In this document: piece by piece, positions 42,404 through 55,035 of the stretch
How positions within the stretch are numbered: the first letter of the stretch is position 1
How the letters are laid out: each line of letters opens with the position of its first letter
The notes under the pieces: generated by a model
Databases searched by the model: none
Told to the model about the DNA's origin: nothing
What the model saw: the letters and a program-made list of their open reading frames with translations, nothing else
NCBI GenBank assembly: GCA_951406725.2
Contig: OX597829.1
Location: 13,578,001 to 13,642,000 of the forward strand
DNA length: 64,000 nucleotides
Direction of reading: 5' to 3'
Origin: Octopus vulgaris
Lineage: Eukaryota
Translations under genes and position numbers: made by a program

Positions 42404-42534
42404 CATTAGCTTACAGCTGTTTCTGTTATAAACTGCACTTCATATTTGAAGGTCTGATGCAACTATAAGGTGTTACTTAAGGACTCAGCTGTTAGTATTC
42501 AGCATCCTATAGCAGAAACAGCTGTTAGCCAATG
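42404..42534. repeat. Short inverted repeat with an HHR-like 3' half (GAAAcagctgT)
   Basis: cattagcttacagctgtttctgttata versus tatagcagaaacagctgttagccaatg. Confidence 0.7.
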
Positions 42535-42869
42535 GAATTCGGTAATTGTTTATTTGTTTGTCATGTTATTTCCTTATTACTGTTCTGTACTCGACTAACG
42601 CTTCATTCTGAAGTATATGTATATTAAGTTCTACATTATTAGTCTGGCAATGCCTAAGCGATATTAACAGATCCTATTAATTGTTTCAGTCATTAGACTG
42701 CCGCAATGGTGGGGCACCGCCTTGCACAATCATTAGTCAGATTAATCGACGTAAGTATTTTTTTAAGCCTGTTAACCGGTAACTAACGAGTTTGTGAAAC
42801 GGTGATGGGAAACAAACACGAACAGATACATAAATACATACATACATACATACATACATACATAAATAC

Positions 42870-42960
<91 letters not shown>

Positions 42961-42962
<2 letters not shown>

Positions 42963-43668
42963 AAAGGGTGAAATATAATTAATTTAATAAAATTAATAAA
43001 TTTCACCTAGTAGTTATCGGTATGGAAAAGACCATATTTGGTTAGGATTATATTAATTATAATAAACGGTTAATTGCAACAAGTTGCTCAAAACCACATA
43101 CCGAAAATGCTAGAAATGCCAGCTAGATAGGTCACCATTTCCCTACTAGTAAAAAGTCTCCACAAACAATCAGGATTTGCAACCCGTATATGGCTAAAAG
43201 GAAGAAAATAACGAAATCACAGTCCTTTTGGATTAATTACAGACGAAAATTCGTTTCTGGATGAGAACCAGAGGTTCATTTCCTTGTCAATGCAATATTT
43301 CCTATAAATCTAGAAATGCCAGGGGAAAAAAAGACTCACCCATTATACCGGCTCGATCAGGCGACACCGAACGATAAAATGGTCTGCCAGCATCACTACA
43401 TTTATATAGACAAGCGAAATCGTATTTCCCTCCAAAATCACCACGTGAGTTGCAAAAACATTAACAACGAAACGAAGTTCCGCAGATTTATTGTATGGGA
43501 GTAATAGCGTACTATGTACAAAAAGGGTGAAATATAATTAATTTAATAAAATTAATAAATTTCACCTAGTAGTTTATCGGTATAGAAAATACCATATTTG
43601 GTAAGGATTATATTAATTATAATAAAGGGTTAATTGCAACAAGTTGCTCAAAACCACACACCGAAAAT
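42961..43668 (-). mobile_element. About 560-bp unit with about 150-bp terminal direct repeats (42961-43108 / 43519-43668), flanked by (TA)n; pLTR/retrozyme-like
   Basis: Near-identical repeats; internal HHR at 43236-43296. Confidence 0.8.
43236..43296 (-). ncRNA. Type-I HHR, U3-A8 core
   Basis: attgca TTGACAA ggaaatgaacc-tct-ggttctcatcca GAAA cgaattttcg TC tgtaat. Confidence 0.75.
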
Positions 43669-43679
43669 ATATATATATA

Positions 43680-44082
43680 GGCGAATGAGTGGCTGTGTGG
43701 TAAGTAGCTTGCTTACCAACCACATGGTTCCGGGTTCAGTCCCACTGCGTGGCATCTTGGACAAGTGTCTTCTGCTATAGCCCCGGGCCGACCAATGCCT
43801 TGTGAGTGGATTTGGTAGACGGAAACTGAAAGAAGCCTGTCGTATATATGTATATATATATATATAAATGTGTGTATATGTTTGTGTGTCTGTGTTTCTC
43901 CCCCTAGCATTGCTTGACAACCGATGCTGGTATGTTTATGTCCTCCGTCACTTAGCGGTTCGACAAAAAGAGACTGATTGAATAAGTACTGGGCTTACAA
44001 AGAATAAGTCCCGGGGTCGATGTGCTCGACTAAAGGCGGTGCTCCAGCATGGCCGCAGTCAAATGACTGAAACAAGTAAAAA
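43680..44082 (+). mobile_element. Full-length tRNA-derived SINE family A
   Basis: A box tggctgtgtggt, B box ggttcagtccc, internal microsatellite, tail ggcggtgctccagcatggccgcagtcaaatgactgaaacaagt. Confidence 0.92.
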
Positions 44083-44237
44083 AGGAAAAAAAAAAAAAAT
44101 ATATATATATATGTATGACATGCTTCTTTCACTTTTCATCCACAAAATCCTCTCACAGAGCTATAGTAGAAAATACATGCTTAAGGTGCCACGCACTGGA
44201 ACAGCACCCGGAACCATGCCACACAGCAACTCCTGCG

Positions 44238-44280
<43 letters not shown>

Positions 44281-44294
44281 TCTTTTACTGTTTT

Positions 44295-44486
44295 ACTCCT
44301 TTACTTGTTTCGGTCATTTGACTGTGGCTATGCTGAAGCACCGCCTTTAGTCGAGAAAATCGACCCCAGGACATATTCTTTGTAAGCCTCTTTTGCCGAA
44401 CCGTTAAGTTACGGGGACGTATATACACCAGCATCGGTTGTCAAGCGATCTTGGAGGACAAACACAGACATACAAACATGCACACA

Positions 44487-44547
<61 letters not shown>

Positions 44548-44714
44548 TCGTATATACGACGGGCTTCTTTCAGTCTCCGTCTACCAAATCCACTCACAAG
44601 GCTTTGGTCGGCCCGAGGCTATAGTAGAAGACACTTGTCCAAGATGCCACGCAGTGGAACTGAACCTGAAACTATGTGGTTCTTAAGCAAGCTACTTACC
44701 ACACAGCCAGTCCT

Positions 44715-44715
<1 letters not shown>
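44295..44715 (-). mobile_element. SINE family A, near full length, inverted relative to 43680
   Basis: Reverse complement of the 43680-44082 sequence. Confidence 0.9.
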
Positions 44716-44769
<54 letters not shown>

Positions 44770-45313
44770 TACGAATACACTGCAATTACTGCTACTAATT
44801 AGAATAGCAACATAGCAAAAACAAAGAGAAAAGTTGTCCTTGAAAAGTGTTTAATAAGGCAGGATGAGGCGAGGGACAGGATTGCTTGTTATAGAGACTG
44901 GATGACATGTTATGCGTATTAATTATAATAAGTATATTCTTATACGTGTGTCCTCTCTAGGAGTGTTGGTGAGTGTATTTATTTATGCATGCATAAATTT
45001 ACGAATGTAGATAGTATTTATGATCTAAGGGTTATGTTCATGTGTATATATTAAGTCTATGTACACGTATCGAGTGGATGTTTGTATATTTAAGACCGTA
45101 TATGTAAATATACTTTGGAATATGTATATTTGTTTATCAATCTGTGTATATTTGCCAGCATATTCTCCTTTTACAATAATCACACATACTGCTTATGTTA
45201 GCATTAGCAGTGAAACTAAGTTCACAACGACTTACATTCTCTCTCTCTCTCTCTCCCTTTCCCTCTCTTTTTTATCTTCATGCTTCATACTTCCTATACA
45301 TATGTGTGTATAC

Positions 45314-45405
<92 letters not shown>

Positions 45406-45741
45406 CATTATACGCAGGTGCGCACACATGAGTATGAATGTGAGTGTGTGTTTTTAATTTCTTTACTTGTAGTATGTGATAAGACCAAAGACATTAACGT
45501 CCTCAATCTGTGAGAATAAAAAATTGAAAAAAGATAGTGACTAAGAAAAAGGTCACATGCGATAAGGCGGATATGACACAAATACACACACAACACAAAC
45601 ACAAACACACACGCACACTCACACATACATACACACATAAATACACACACACACATACACAAAAACACAGATACACACATAGCTACCGGTTAAGGAAGTT
45701 GAAGGGATATGGAAAAAGGGCGATCAACATATACTTTGTTA

Positions 45742-45757
45742 CCATTATTATTATTAA

Positions 45758-45829
<72 letters not shown>

Positions 45830-45885
45830 CATTATTATTATTATTATTATTATTGTTATTATTATTGTTATCATTATTATTATTA

Positions 45886-45923
<38 letters not shown>

Positions 45924-46061
45924 ATTATTATCGTTATTATTATTATTATTATTATCATTATTATTATTATTATTATTATTATCATTATTATTATTATTAT
46001 TATAGTTATTATTGTTATTATTATTATTATTATTATTATCGTTATTATTATTATTATTATC

Positions 46062-46102
<41 letters not shown>

Positions 46103-46122
46103 CATTATTATTATTATTATTA

Positions 46123-46160
<38 letters not shown>

Positions 46161-46182
46161 GTTATTATTGTTATTATTATTA

Positions 46183-46214
<32 letters not shown>

Positions 46215-46245
46215 GTTATTATTATTGTAATTATTTTTATTATTA

Positions 46246-46277
<32 letters not shown>

Positions 46278-46298
46278 GTTATTATTATAATTATTATT
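45742..46298. repeat. Long interrupted (ATT)n array
   Basis: Direct reading. Confidence 0.97.
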
Positions 46299-46304
46299 GG
46301 TATG

Positions 46305-46850
46305 TCGTATAAAACGAATCCATTTGTCTGTCGAGCATATAGTGATGGTCAATGCACCACATTTTCTACTTAGTGGTTGTAGCAAAAGAAGCCGAGTGGA
46401 AGACCTATTTGAAAGGTTTGAAGGCAGGCACTTTCCTATCTGCTCAAGCGTTCACCAATTTCTTCAGATATTGTTTGAAGAGTAAGGTGAGCGTAGAGAA
46501 GGAGGTGCTGCCTTCTGGTGTGTTTATCAAAAGATGGGCAAGAGTGACAAGACTGACTAGACTGAATGGATCGGCTCAGAGTATGCTATTCTAAACAGGA
46601 AGATGGCATTTTCCATGCGTTGGCGATGGCAGAGCAATTCGGGTTTATTTTTGTTGTTTTTTTTTTTGCGTGGACTTATTGGGGATTCTATTTATTTATT
46701 TTTTTATTTATTTCTCTAACTTCTATTTACATATACCTTTTGTTATATTCTTTATTGTTGTAGTATTTCCCTTTGGTCGATGTAAACTCCACCTACTTAT
46801 CTGTATTGTTTCTCGTCATTTGATATTGTCCTCTATATCAATAAAAGAAA
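46305..46850 (+). mobile_element. Tx1-like LINE 3' end inside an (ATT)n array
   Basis: LVVVAKEAEWKTYLKGL...FTNFFRYCLKSKVSVEKEVL matches 7757-8032. Confidence 0.82.
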
Positions 46851-46877
46851 TTATTATTGTTATTATTATTATTATTA

Positions 46878-47432
46878 TGTGAGAGAGCAGTGCATGCCAT
46901 CAAAGTGACACTGGGGTAAAATATACGAAGCCTAATATAACCATCATGACTACCCGTCTGATAAGGGTACACCAGGCACATGCATCACAACCATATGTGC
47001 GCGACATGGTGATCTCATATCAAGATAAACAGCACCTGACCTTGCAGGTGGGGCCCAGTTACAATTTTCTTCAGATTGAGTAGCCCATCCTGCTCAAAAG
47101 GTCCCTGAATAAGGGTTGCTTTAGGATGTTGAACGAAACACCTATGTTTCCAGAGGTGAATTATTCAAACTCCAAAGAATCCCTCTCAACACATGGCTAT
47201 GATGCTCCCCCACTACTTCTGCTCGCGATCAGAGATGCACGTATCGTCAGCCACTAAAGGACATGCTCAACTGGTTAAGGTAAAACAACTGACAAGCAAA
47301 TCTGTGGTATTGAGCAGAATATTTGCCGTAGCCCATCTTTTATACCAAGACAAAACAATGTACATGTTTATACTTCCAATCAGTTAAGATCAGAAGCCAT
47401 GAGAGCCACTGCCTGGTACTGCATCAGGGCAT
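46878..47432. mobile_element. About 550-bp non-coding interspersed repeat bounded by (ATT)n
   Basis: Partial second copy at 13900-14105; no convincing ORF. Confidence 0.65.
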
Positions 47433-47459
47433 TTATTATTATTATTATTATTAATATTA

Positions 47460-47542
<83 letters not shown>

Positions 47543-47545
<3 letters not shown>

Positions 47546-49262
47546 TAGTTTTATTTTTATAGCGTGCTTTCACTTCACTACCGAGCGCAGCTCTGTGTGC
47601 CTTGGCTTTGTGCTGTGATTTGTTGTGAAGCTCTGATAGTTATTGTATGGAAAGTGTTCTGCGTAGGATGTGTGCAGTGCCTATAGTAGTGCAATTTTCT
47701 GTATGTTATATGTGTTTGTAAATCCTGGTGTTTTTGTTATGTATTTGTCTGAATATTTTTTTATCATGTCTAATGAACCTACTATGATAGCATTTTTTCT
47801 GTTTTTACATTCCACATTCTAGTTACCTCTATTTCCAGGTCTTTGTATTTTGAAAGTTTCTCCATTTCTTTTAGAGAAATGTTGTCATCTACTGGTATTG
47901 ATATTTCAATTAGAAAGCATTTTTTTTCTTCATGATCTCTGACAACTATATCTGGTCTGTTGACCTTAATTTCTTTATCTGTGTGTATTGGCATATACCA
48001 GAGTATGGTTGCTTTCTCGTTTTCTGTGACCTTTTCTGGTGTGTGCCTATACCATCTTTTTTTTGTTGTTATTCCATAATGTTGGCATAGCTTCCAGTGT
48101 ATGTAGGTCCCAACTTTGTCGTGTCTGTGAATATATTCCTTCTAGCCAGGACTGGGCAGCCAGAGATAATATGATTTATTGTTTCTTGTCCATCTCCACA
48201 TATTCTGCAGTTACTTGTTATATTTCTTTTCATTACATGTTTTTGGTAATTTCTGGTGGGGAGGCTTCGGTCTTGTGCTGCAATTAAAAATCCTTCTGTT
48301 TCTGCTTTGAGTCCTGAGCATCTCAACCATTGCTGGGATTTTTCTTTGTCTATTTCTTTTGCACTTAATTTAGTCCAGTACTTTCCATGAAGGGGCTTTT
48401 TTGCCATCGTTTTATCATGGTCCATTGCTGTTCTAGTTTTAGTTTTGATTTCATTTGCTTTATAGCTTTTGTTGTGTTTTCTTCTTTTTCTTCTTTTTCT
48501 TCTTCTTCTTCATATTTGTTAGGTGATATGATTTCTTGTTTGTATTTGTCAGCTTCCTTAAATACTGAGAACAATTTTTTGTATTGCTCGTGTTTTGCCG
48601 CTATTTGTCTCAGTTTTCCTTGCTTCTGTAGTAGGTATTTTTGCAGTCCTATGGTGGTTATTTTATAGTAGTTTTCCAGCTTTATAAGGCCTCTACCACC
48701 TTCTATAAGTTGTATATATAGCCTTTCTATGTCAGATTTTGGGTGATGCATCCTAGATCCGGTCATTATTTTTCTTGTTTTCCTATCAATTTTGGTTAGT
48801 TCAGTTAAGGATATCGTAGCTGTAACTTATAACTGGGGCGGCTAAAGTGTTAAAATCTATCATCTTGTTTTTAGCATTGAGCTCTGTTTTAGTATTGATC
48901 TAACTCGTCTATAGTATTGTTTCGTTATTTTCTCTTTCATTTGGGTGTGTTGTGACTCATCTAGTTCATGGATTCCTAAATTTTTGTAAGTTTGGTTTTG
49001 GTCTAATTCTCTTATTTCATTGGCTTTATCTAGTGTGATGTTGCTACTCTTAACTAGTTTTCCTCTTTTCAGGGTTACTTTGGCGCATTTTTCTAATCCA
49101 AATTTCATATCTATTTCTTTGGTGAATCCATGAACTATCTTTAGTAGTGTTTCCAGCTGTTTGTCATTTGCAGCGTGTAGTTTTAGGTCATCCATATATA
49201 AAAGGTGGCTGATCGTTTTGCCGTAACATTTGTATCCGTATCCATTTCTATTTAGCATATCA
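47543..49262 (-). mobile_element. R4/Dong-like LINE, 5'-truncated (RT YMDD to endonuclease), between (ATT)n tracts
   Basis: ISHLLYMDDLKL, KFGLEKC, HHPKSDIERLY, CRICGDGQETINHIISGC, NRPDIVV. Confidence 0.92.
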
Positions 49263-49290
49263 GATTATTATTATTATTATTATTATTATG

Positions 49291-49392
<102 letters not shown>

Positions 49393-49423
49393 TCATAAAA
49401 GAAATCACTATTATCATTATCAT

Positions 49424-49872
<449 letters not shown>

Positions 49873-49873
<1 letters not shown>

Positions 49874-50070
49874 GTCGGTGCGCTGGCAGAATCGTTAGCA
49901 CGCCGGACAAAATGCTCAGCGGTATTTCATCCGTCGCTACTTTTTGAGTTCAAATTCCAACGAAGTCGACTTTACCTTTCCGGGGCGATGAATTAAATTC
50001 CAGTGGCGTACTATGGTTGATCTAATCAAGTGGCCCCCTCCCAGGCCTTGTACCTGTAGTAGAAAGGAGC
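49873..50070 (+). mobile_element. SINE family B
   Basis: Homologous to 49424-49636; ends in attattatt. Confidence 0.8.
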
Positions 50071-50099
50071 ATTATTATTATTATCATTTTTATTTACTC

Positions 50100-50497
50100 T
50101 CTTTTACTCTTTTACTTGTTTCAGTCATTTGACTGCGGCCATGCTTGAGCACCGCCTTTAGTCGAGCAAATCGACCCCGGGACTTATTCTTTGTAAGCCC
50201 AGTACTTATTCTATCGGTCTCTTTTTGCCGAACCGCTAAGTGACGGGGACGTAAACACACCAGCATCGGTTGTCAAGCAATGCTAGGGGGACAAACACTG
50301 ACACACAAACACACACACAAATATATATACATACATATATACGACAGGCTTCTTTCAGTTTCCGCCTACCAAATCCACTCACAAGGCATTGGTCGTCCCG
50401 GGGCTATAGCAGAAGACACTTGCCCAAGGTGCCACGCAGTGGGACTGAACCCGGAACCATGTGGTTGGTTAGCAAGCTACTTACCACACGGCCACTC
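50100..50497 (-). mobile_element. Full-length SINE family A
   Basis: Highly similar reverse complement of 43680-44082. Confidence 0.92.
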
Positions 50498-50534
<37 letters not shown>

Positions 50535-51051
50535 GGTGGTGGTGGGGTGATGGTGGTGAGGTGTGAGTGCTGCTTTTGCTGTTGTGATTATTACTGTTAG
50601 TATTTCCTAAACGAACATTATCTGAGAGCATACTTAAAGCTCAGATCTGATCCTACGCATTCGTCGCCTCTTTCACATTGAAGTCAGTCTTCTTATCACA
50701 ATCTGCTACCCGGCCCCTCTTTCTCTTCCCCTCTCTATCCTCCTTTCTCTCCTTCCCCTTCCCTCTATCAATTTATTTATCCTGCTAGCCCTTTATTTCT
50801 TTCTCTATTTACCTATCAATCCTCTTTTTCCTCTCCCTCTTTGCTTTTCATTTGTCTATCCGATATCCTGTTCTGACTGATTAGCTTTATCTCAGAGTGG
50901 ACGAATATATGTATGTATATGAAGGTATGTAAATATATGTACGTATGTGCGTGCGTGTGCGTGCGTGTTTTTAAAGTCATGTTTACTGCGTCTTCTACTA
51001 AGACTGTTTTATTTAATTCTTTTGCTCCAATAGTGTTCTCAAATTTATAAG

Positions 51052-51095
51052 TCCATAAACACTTTTAGACCACCCCGGTCTCTTCATCAGATGAA
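51052..51095 (-). ncRNA. Degenerate HHR (GAAA read as AAAA)
   Basis: ttcat CTGATGA agagacc-ggggt-ggtct AAAA gtgt TT atgga. Confidence 0.4.
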
Positions 51096-51307
51096 TTGAT
51101 GATAATAATGGTGCTGTTAGTCACGAACTTGTCCGTTGCAAAGGGTCACGGCAATGCAATTATAAGCTAAAATCGCACAGCTAAATGATGAATCTGCTAG
51201 AATTAGCAAATTTTTATCTCTATAATTTTATAATCATCATAAAGATTATATAATACTTGTAATAAATTAAAGGCTTTAAAAGATAGTTGTTTTCCATTTC
51301 ATGAACA

Positions 51308-51342
<35 letters not shown>

Positions 51343-51385
51343 CGTGCGTGTGTGTGTGTGTGCGTGCGTGTGTGTGTATAAAGGG

Positions 51386-51712
51386 TGAGGACCCCCTTCG
51401 GTCATGAATGACTATGGGATTGCACCTAGAAGTTACCCTCCCAGACACAAGTCCGGGCAATGTTGTTTATGGAAGACCAGCAGTCACCCGTACATACCGT
51501 CCTCTCCTCTCAACGCTACAGATGTTGACCAAAAGAAAGTCAATGGCCGACACAGCTTAGCACCAGTGAAACTCATTTCTACATCTGAGTGAATAGAAGC
51601 AACGTGAAATGAAGTGTCTTATTCAAGGACACAAGACACACCCCGGTCCGGAAACCACTATCTCATGATTGTGTGAACGACGCTCTAACCACTGAAAACA
51701 TGCCCCTTCACT
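51386..51712 (-). mobile_element. SINE family C
   Basis: Homologous to 38265-38570; head ggggcatgttttcagtggttagagcg. Confidence 0.8.
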
Positions 51713-51730
51713 AACACATACACACACACA

Positions 51731-52150
51731 TGGCATCCTTTTGTCTCTGGAGACAATGGGGTTGCGCATAAAATAATCCAGTCTGATTTTCAATGAAGTG
51801 TCCTCTCCAGTTTCCTCTCCAGTGTTGTGCCTGCCTGGGCTAGATGTAAGAAAACCCTGGGTAGCCCAATCGTCAGGATTCCTCTCGTGACCTTGCTGAC
51901 ATAGTCCAAAGGAGTGCAGAGCATTACGTTTGGCACCAGCTTGGTTGCAGGAGCTGCCGAAAGAGTGTCAAATCGAACACTAAACCGGCTACGGGGCTCC
52001 ACTCCGGATATCTTTAAAGATTGTCTCCTTTCTGTAACCCTGGATAGGGGCCCGTACCGGGTACTGTCAGCCGGAGCCAGCTGAGAATGGGCCTCGTGTC
52101 AAGCAGGGTCGTCACTCCCTGAAGTAGTGAAGAAAATCGCTACACACTAC
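51731..52150 (+). mobile_element. Probable RTE-type 5' UTR fragment (mirror copy at about 53870-54281)
   Basis: tttggcaccagcttggttgcaggagctgcc...ctccactccgga recalls RTE 5' UTRs (from memory only). Confidence 0.4.
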
Positions 52151-52175
52151 CTAAATGTGTATGTGTGTGTGTGTG

Positions 52176-52231
<56 letters not shown>

Positions 52232-52381
52232 GGTTATCGCCATACTAATATGGCATTCTTATAAAAATAAGAATAAAGCTGTCCGCTTATTAGCTCCATG
52301 AGGCCATCGCCTTAAGTTAGCTATTTGATACACAAACTGTATCCATATAACCTTCGAACAAGGGAGGTCAGTCGCTCCACA

Positions 52382-52452
52382 CTACTTGACCGGCAGCTAC
52401 AGACGCGTTTCGGGGTATTGCCCCTTTTCAATGCAGCGTAGCCAGCCAGTAG
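52382..52452 (-). ncRNA. Type-I hammerhead ribozyme, copy 1 (predicted cut between 52402 and 52401)
   Basis: ctac tggctggc tac gctgca TTGAAAA gggg-caata-cccc GAAA cgcg TC | tgtagc t gccggtca a gtag. Confidence 0.88.
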
Positions 52453-52743
52453 GTGTCGCTTCCGACAATCTCTGTTCGATGGTTTTATTTACCTAGTTTC
52501 GGTGGAATACATCCACTTGTTTTCAATAATAGAAATATTAAAATTACTAAGTCTCTCTAAAAGAGAACAGCGGCAGCGTTCCCGGAAAATAATAGTTATC
52601 GCCATACTAATATGGCATTCTTATAAAAATAAGAATAAAGCTGTCCGCTTATTAGCTCCATGAGGCCATCGCCTTAAGTTAGCTATTTGATACACAAACT
52701 GTATCCATATAACCTTCGAACAAGGGAGGTCAGTCGCTCCACA

Positions 52744-52814
52744 CTACTTGACCGGCAGCTACAGACGCGTTTCGGGGTATTGCCCCTTTTCAATGCAGCG
52801 TAGCCAGCCAGTAG
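52744..52814 (-). ncRNA. Type-I hammerhead ribozyme, copy 2
   Basis: Reads identical to copy 1, offset 362. Confidence 0.88.
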
Positions 52815-53105
52815 GTGTCGCTTCCGACAATCTCTGTTCGATGGTTTTATTTACCTAGTTTCGGTGGAATACATCCACTTGTTTTCAATAATAGAAATAT
52901 TAAAATTACTAAGTCTCTCTAAAAGAGAACAGCGGCAGCGTTCCCGGAAAATAATAGTTATCGCCATACTAATATGGCATTCTTATAAAAATAAGAATAA
53001 AGCTGTCCGCTTATTAGCTCCATGAGGCCATCGCCTTAAGTTAGCTATTTGATACACAAACTGTATCCATATAACCTTCGAACAAGGGAGGTCAGTCGCT
53101 CCACA

Positions 53106-53176
53106 CTACTTGACCGGCAGCTACAGACGCGTTTCGGGGTATTGCCCCTTTTCAATGCAGCGTAGCCAGCCAGTAG
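53106..53176 (-). ncRNA. Type-I hammerhead ribozyme, copy 3
   Basis: Reads identical to copy 1, offset 724. Confidence 0.88.
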
Positions 53177-53518
53177 GTGTCGCTTCCGACAATCTCTGTT
53201 CGATGGTTTTATTTACCTAGTTTCGGTGGAATACATCCACTTGTTTTCAATAATAGAAATATTAAAATTACTAAGTCTCTCTAAAAGAGAACAGCGGCAG
53301 CGTTCCCGGAAAATAATAGTTATCGCCATACTAATATGGCATTCTTATAAAAATAAGAATAAAGCTGTCCGCTTATTAGCTCCATGAGGCCATCGCCTTA
53401 AGTTAGCTATTTGATACACAAACTGTATCCATATAACCTTCGAACAAGGGAGGTCAGTCGCTCCACACTACTTGACCGGCAGCTACAGACGCGTTTCGGG
53501 GTATTGCCCCTTTCTAAT

Positions 53519-53560
53519 GCAGCATTGAAAAGGGGCAATACCCCGAAACGCGTCTGTAGC
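53519..53560 (+). ncRNA. Inverted HHR copy with truncated stem I, at the palindrome apex
   Basis: gcagca TTGAAAA ggggcaatacccc GAAA cgcg TC tgtagc. Confidence 0.72.
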
Positions 53561-53781
53561 TGCCGGTCAAGTAGTGTGGAGCGACTGACCTCCCTTGTTC
53601 GAAGGTTATATGGATACAGTTTGTGTATCAAATAGCTAACTTAAGGCGATGGTCTCATGGAGCTAATAAGCGGACAGCTTTATTCTTATTTTTATAAGAA
53701 TGCCATATTAGTATGGCGATAACTATTATTTTCCGGAACGCTGCCGCTGTTCTCTTTTAGAGAGACTTAGTAATTTTAATA

Positions 53782-53833
<52 letters not shown>

Positions 53834-54721
53834 CACACACACACACACATACACATTTAGGTAGCGTGTAGCGATTTTCTTCACTACTTCAGGGAGTGAC
53901 GACCCTGCTTGACACGAGGCCCATTCTCAGCTGGCTCCGGCTGACAGTACCCGGTACGGGCCCCTATCCAGGGTTACAGAAAGGAGACAATCTTTAAAGA
54001 TATCCGGAGTGGAGTCACGTAGCCGGTTTAGTGTTCGATTTGACACTCTTCCGGCAGCTCCTGCAACCAAGCTGGTGCCAAACGTAATGCTCTGCACTCC
54101 TTTGGACTATGTCAGCAAGGTCACGAGAGGAATCCTGACGATTGGGCTACCCAGGATTTTCTTACATCTAGCCCAGGCAGGCACAACACTGGAGAGGAAA
54201 CTGGAGAGGACACTTCATTGAAAATCAGACTGGATTATTTTATGCGCAACCCCATTGTCTCCAGAGACAAAAGGATGCCATGTGTGTGTGTATGTGTGTG
54301 TGAAGGGGCATGTTTTCAGTGTATGTGTATAATGTATTTATATATATATATATATATATATTTTGTGTGCAAGTGTTTGTGTGTGTATAGATGTATGTGA
54401 GTGTGTGTATGCATACATATATTTGTATCGCAGTTTGTATCATTCATATATAATCATATGTGTATATGTATACGCTGTGTGAGTGTGTATCCCGGGCTGT
54501 TCAAAGGTGTTCAATCTGTTGCAACTTTTCGCACAGATTTCCGTTTCTCGCCCACCACCTTTTACTCACACAGACAAACACACACACACACACACATACA
54601 CACAGAAACACCAATATGCACACACACAGATTTATTGCATGCATCGATCTACAGATGTTGTTGAATATTGACCGCATTAATATCACCAATCTGGAAGAAC
54701 TTACAAACGTTATTGATTCTC

Positions 54722-55035
54722 CACCATGCCACCACCACTACCACCACCACCTCTACTACCACCACTACCACCACCTCTACTACCACCACTACCACCACCA
54801 CCACTACAACCACCACTACTACCACCACTACCACCACAAACACTACCACCACCACCACAACTAACACCACCACCACCACCACCACCACCACCACCACCAC
54901 CACCACCACCACCACCACCACCTCCACCACCACCACCACCACCACCACCACTACTACCACTACCACCACCACCACTACCACCACCACCAACACTACCACC
55001 ACCACCACTACCACATGCACAGCCACCACCACACC
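54722..55035. repeat. (CAC)n/(CTA) microsatellite
   Basis: Direct reading. Confidence 0.95.

Larger units (their letters stand above)
52233..53521 (-). mobile_element. 362-bp tandem array (about 3.6 units), non-LTR retrozyme / PLE pLTR-like
   Basis: Unit starts gttatcgccatac at 52233, 52595, 52957 and 53319; one HHR per unit. Confidence 0.92.
51690..54321. repeat. 2.6-kb inverted duplication: outer arms 51690-52230 / about 53789-54321, inner fold-back centred at 53521
   Basis: Mirror ORF pairs 51790-52002(-)/54009-54221(+) and 53407-53631(-)/53411-53635(+). Confidence 0.97.

Noticed and set aside
44056-44082. SINE tail agtc-aaat-gact GAAAc aagTA resembling hammerhead stem II plus GAAA
   Set aside because: No YUGANRA core or stem I; better explained as the LINE-recognition stem-loop
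52233-53521. Tandem array as a CRISPR array
   Set aside because: Whole units are identical with no variable spacers, there are no cas genes, and the context is eukaryotic
53407-53635. Mirror 74-aa ORFs, and the 70-aa pair at 51790/54009
   Set aside because: By-products of the palindrome; no recognisable protein family
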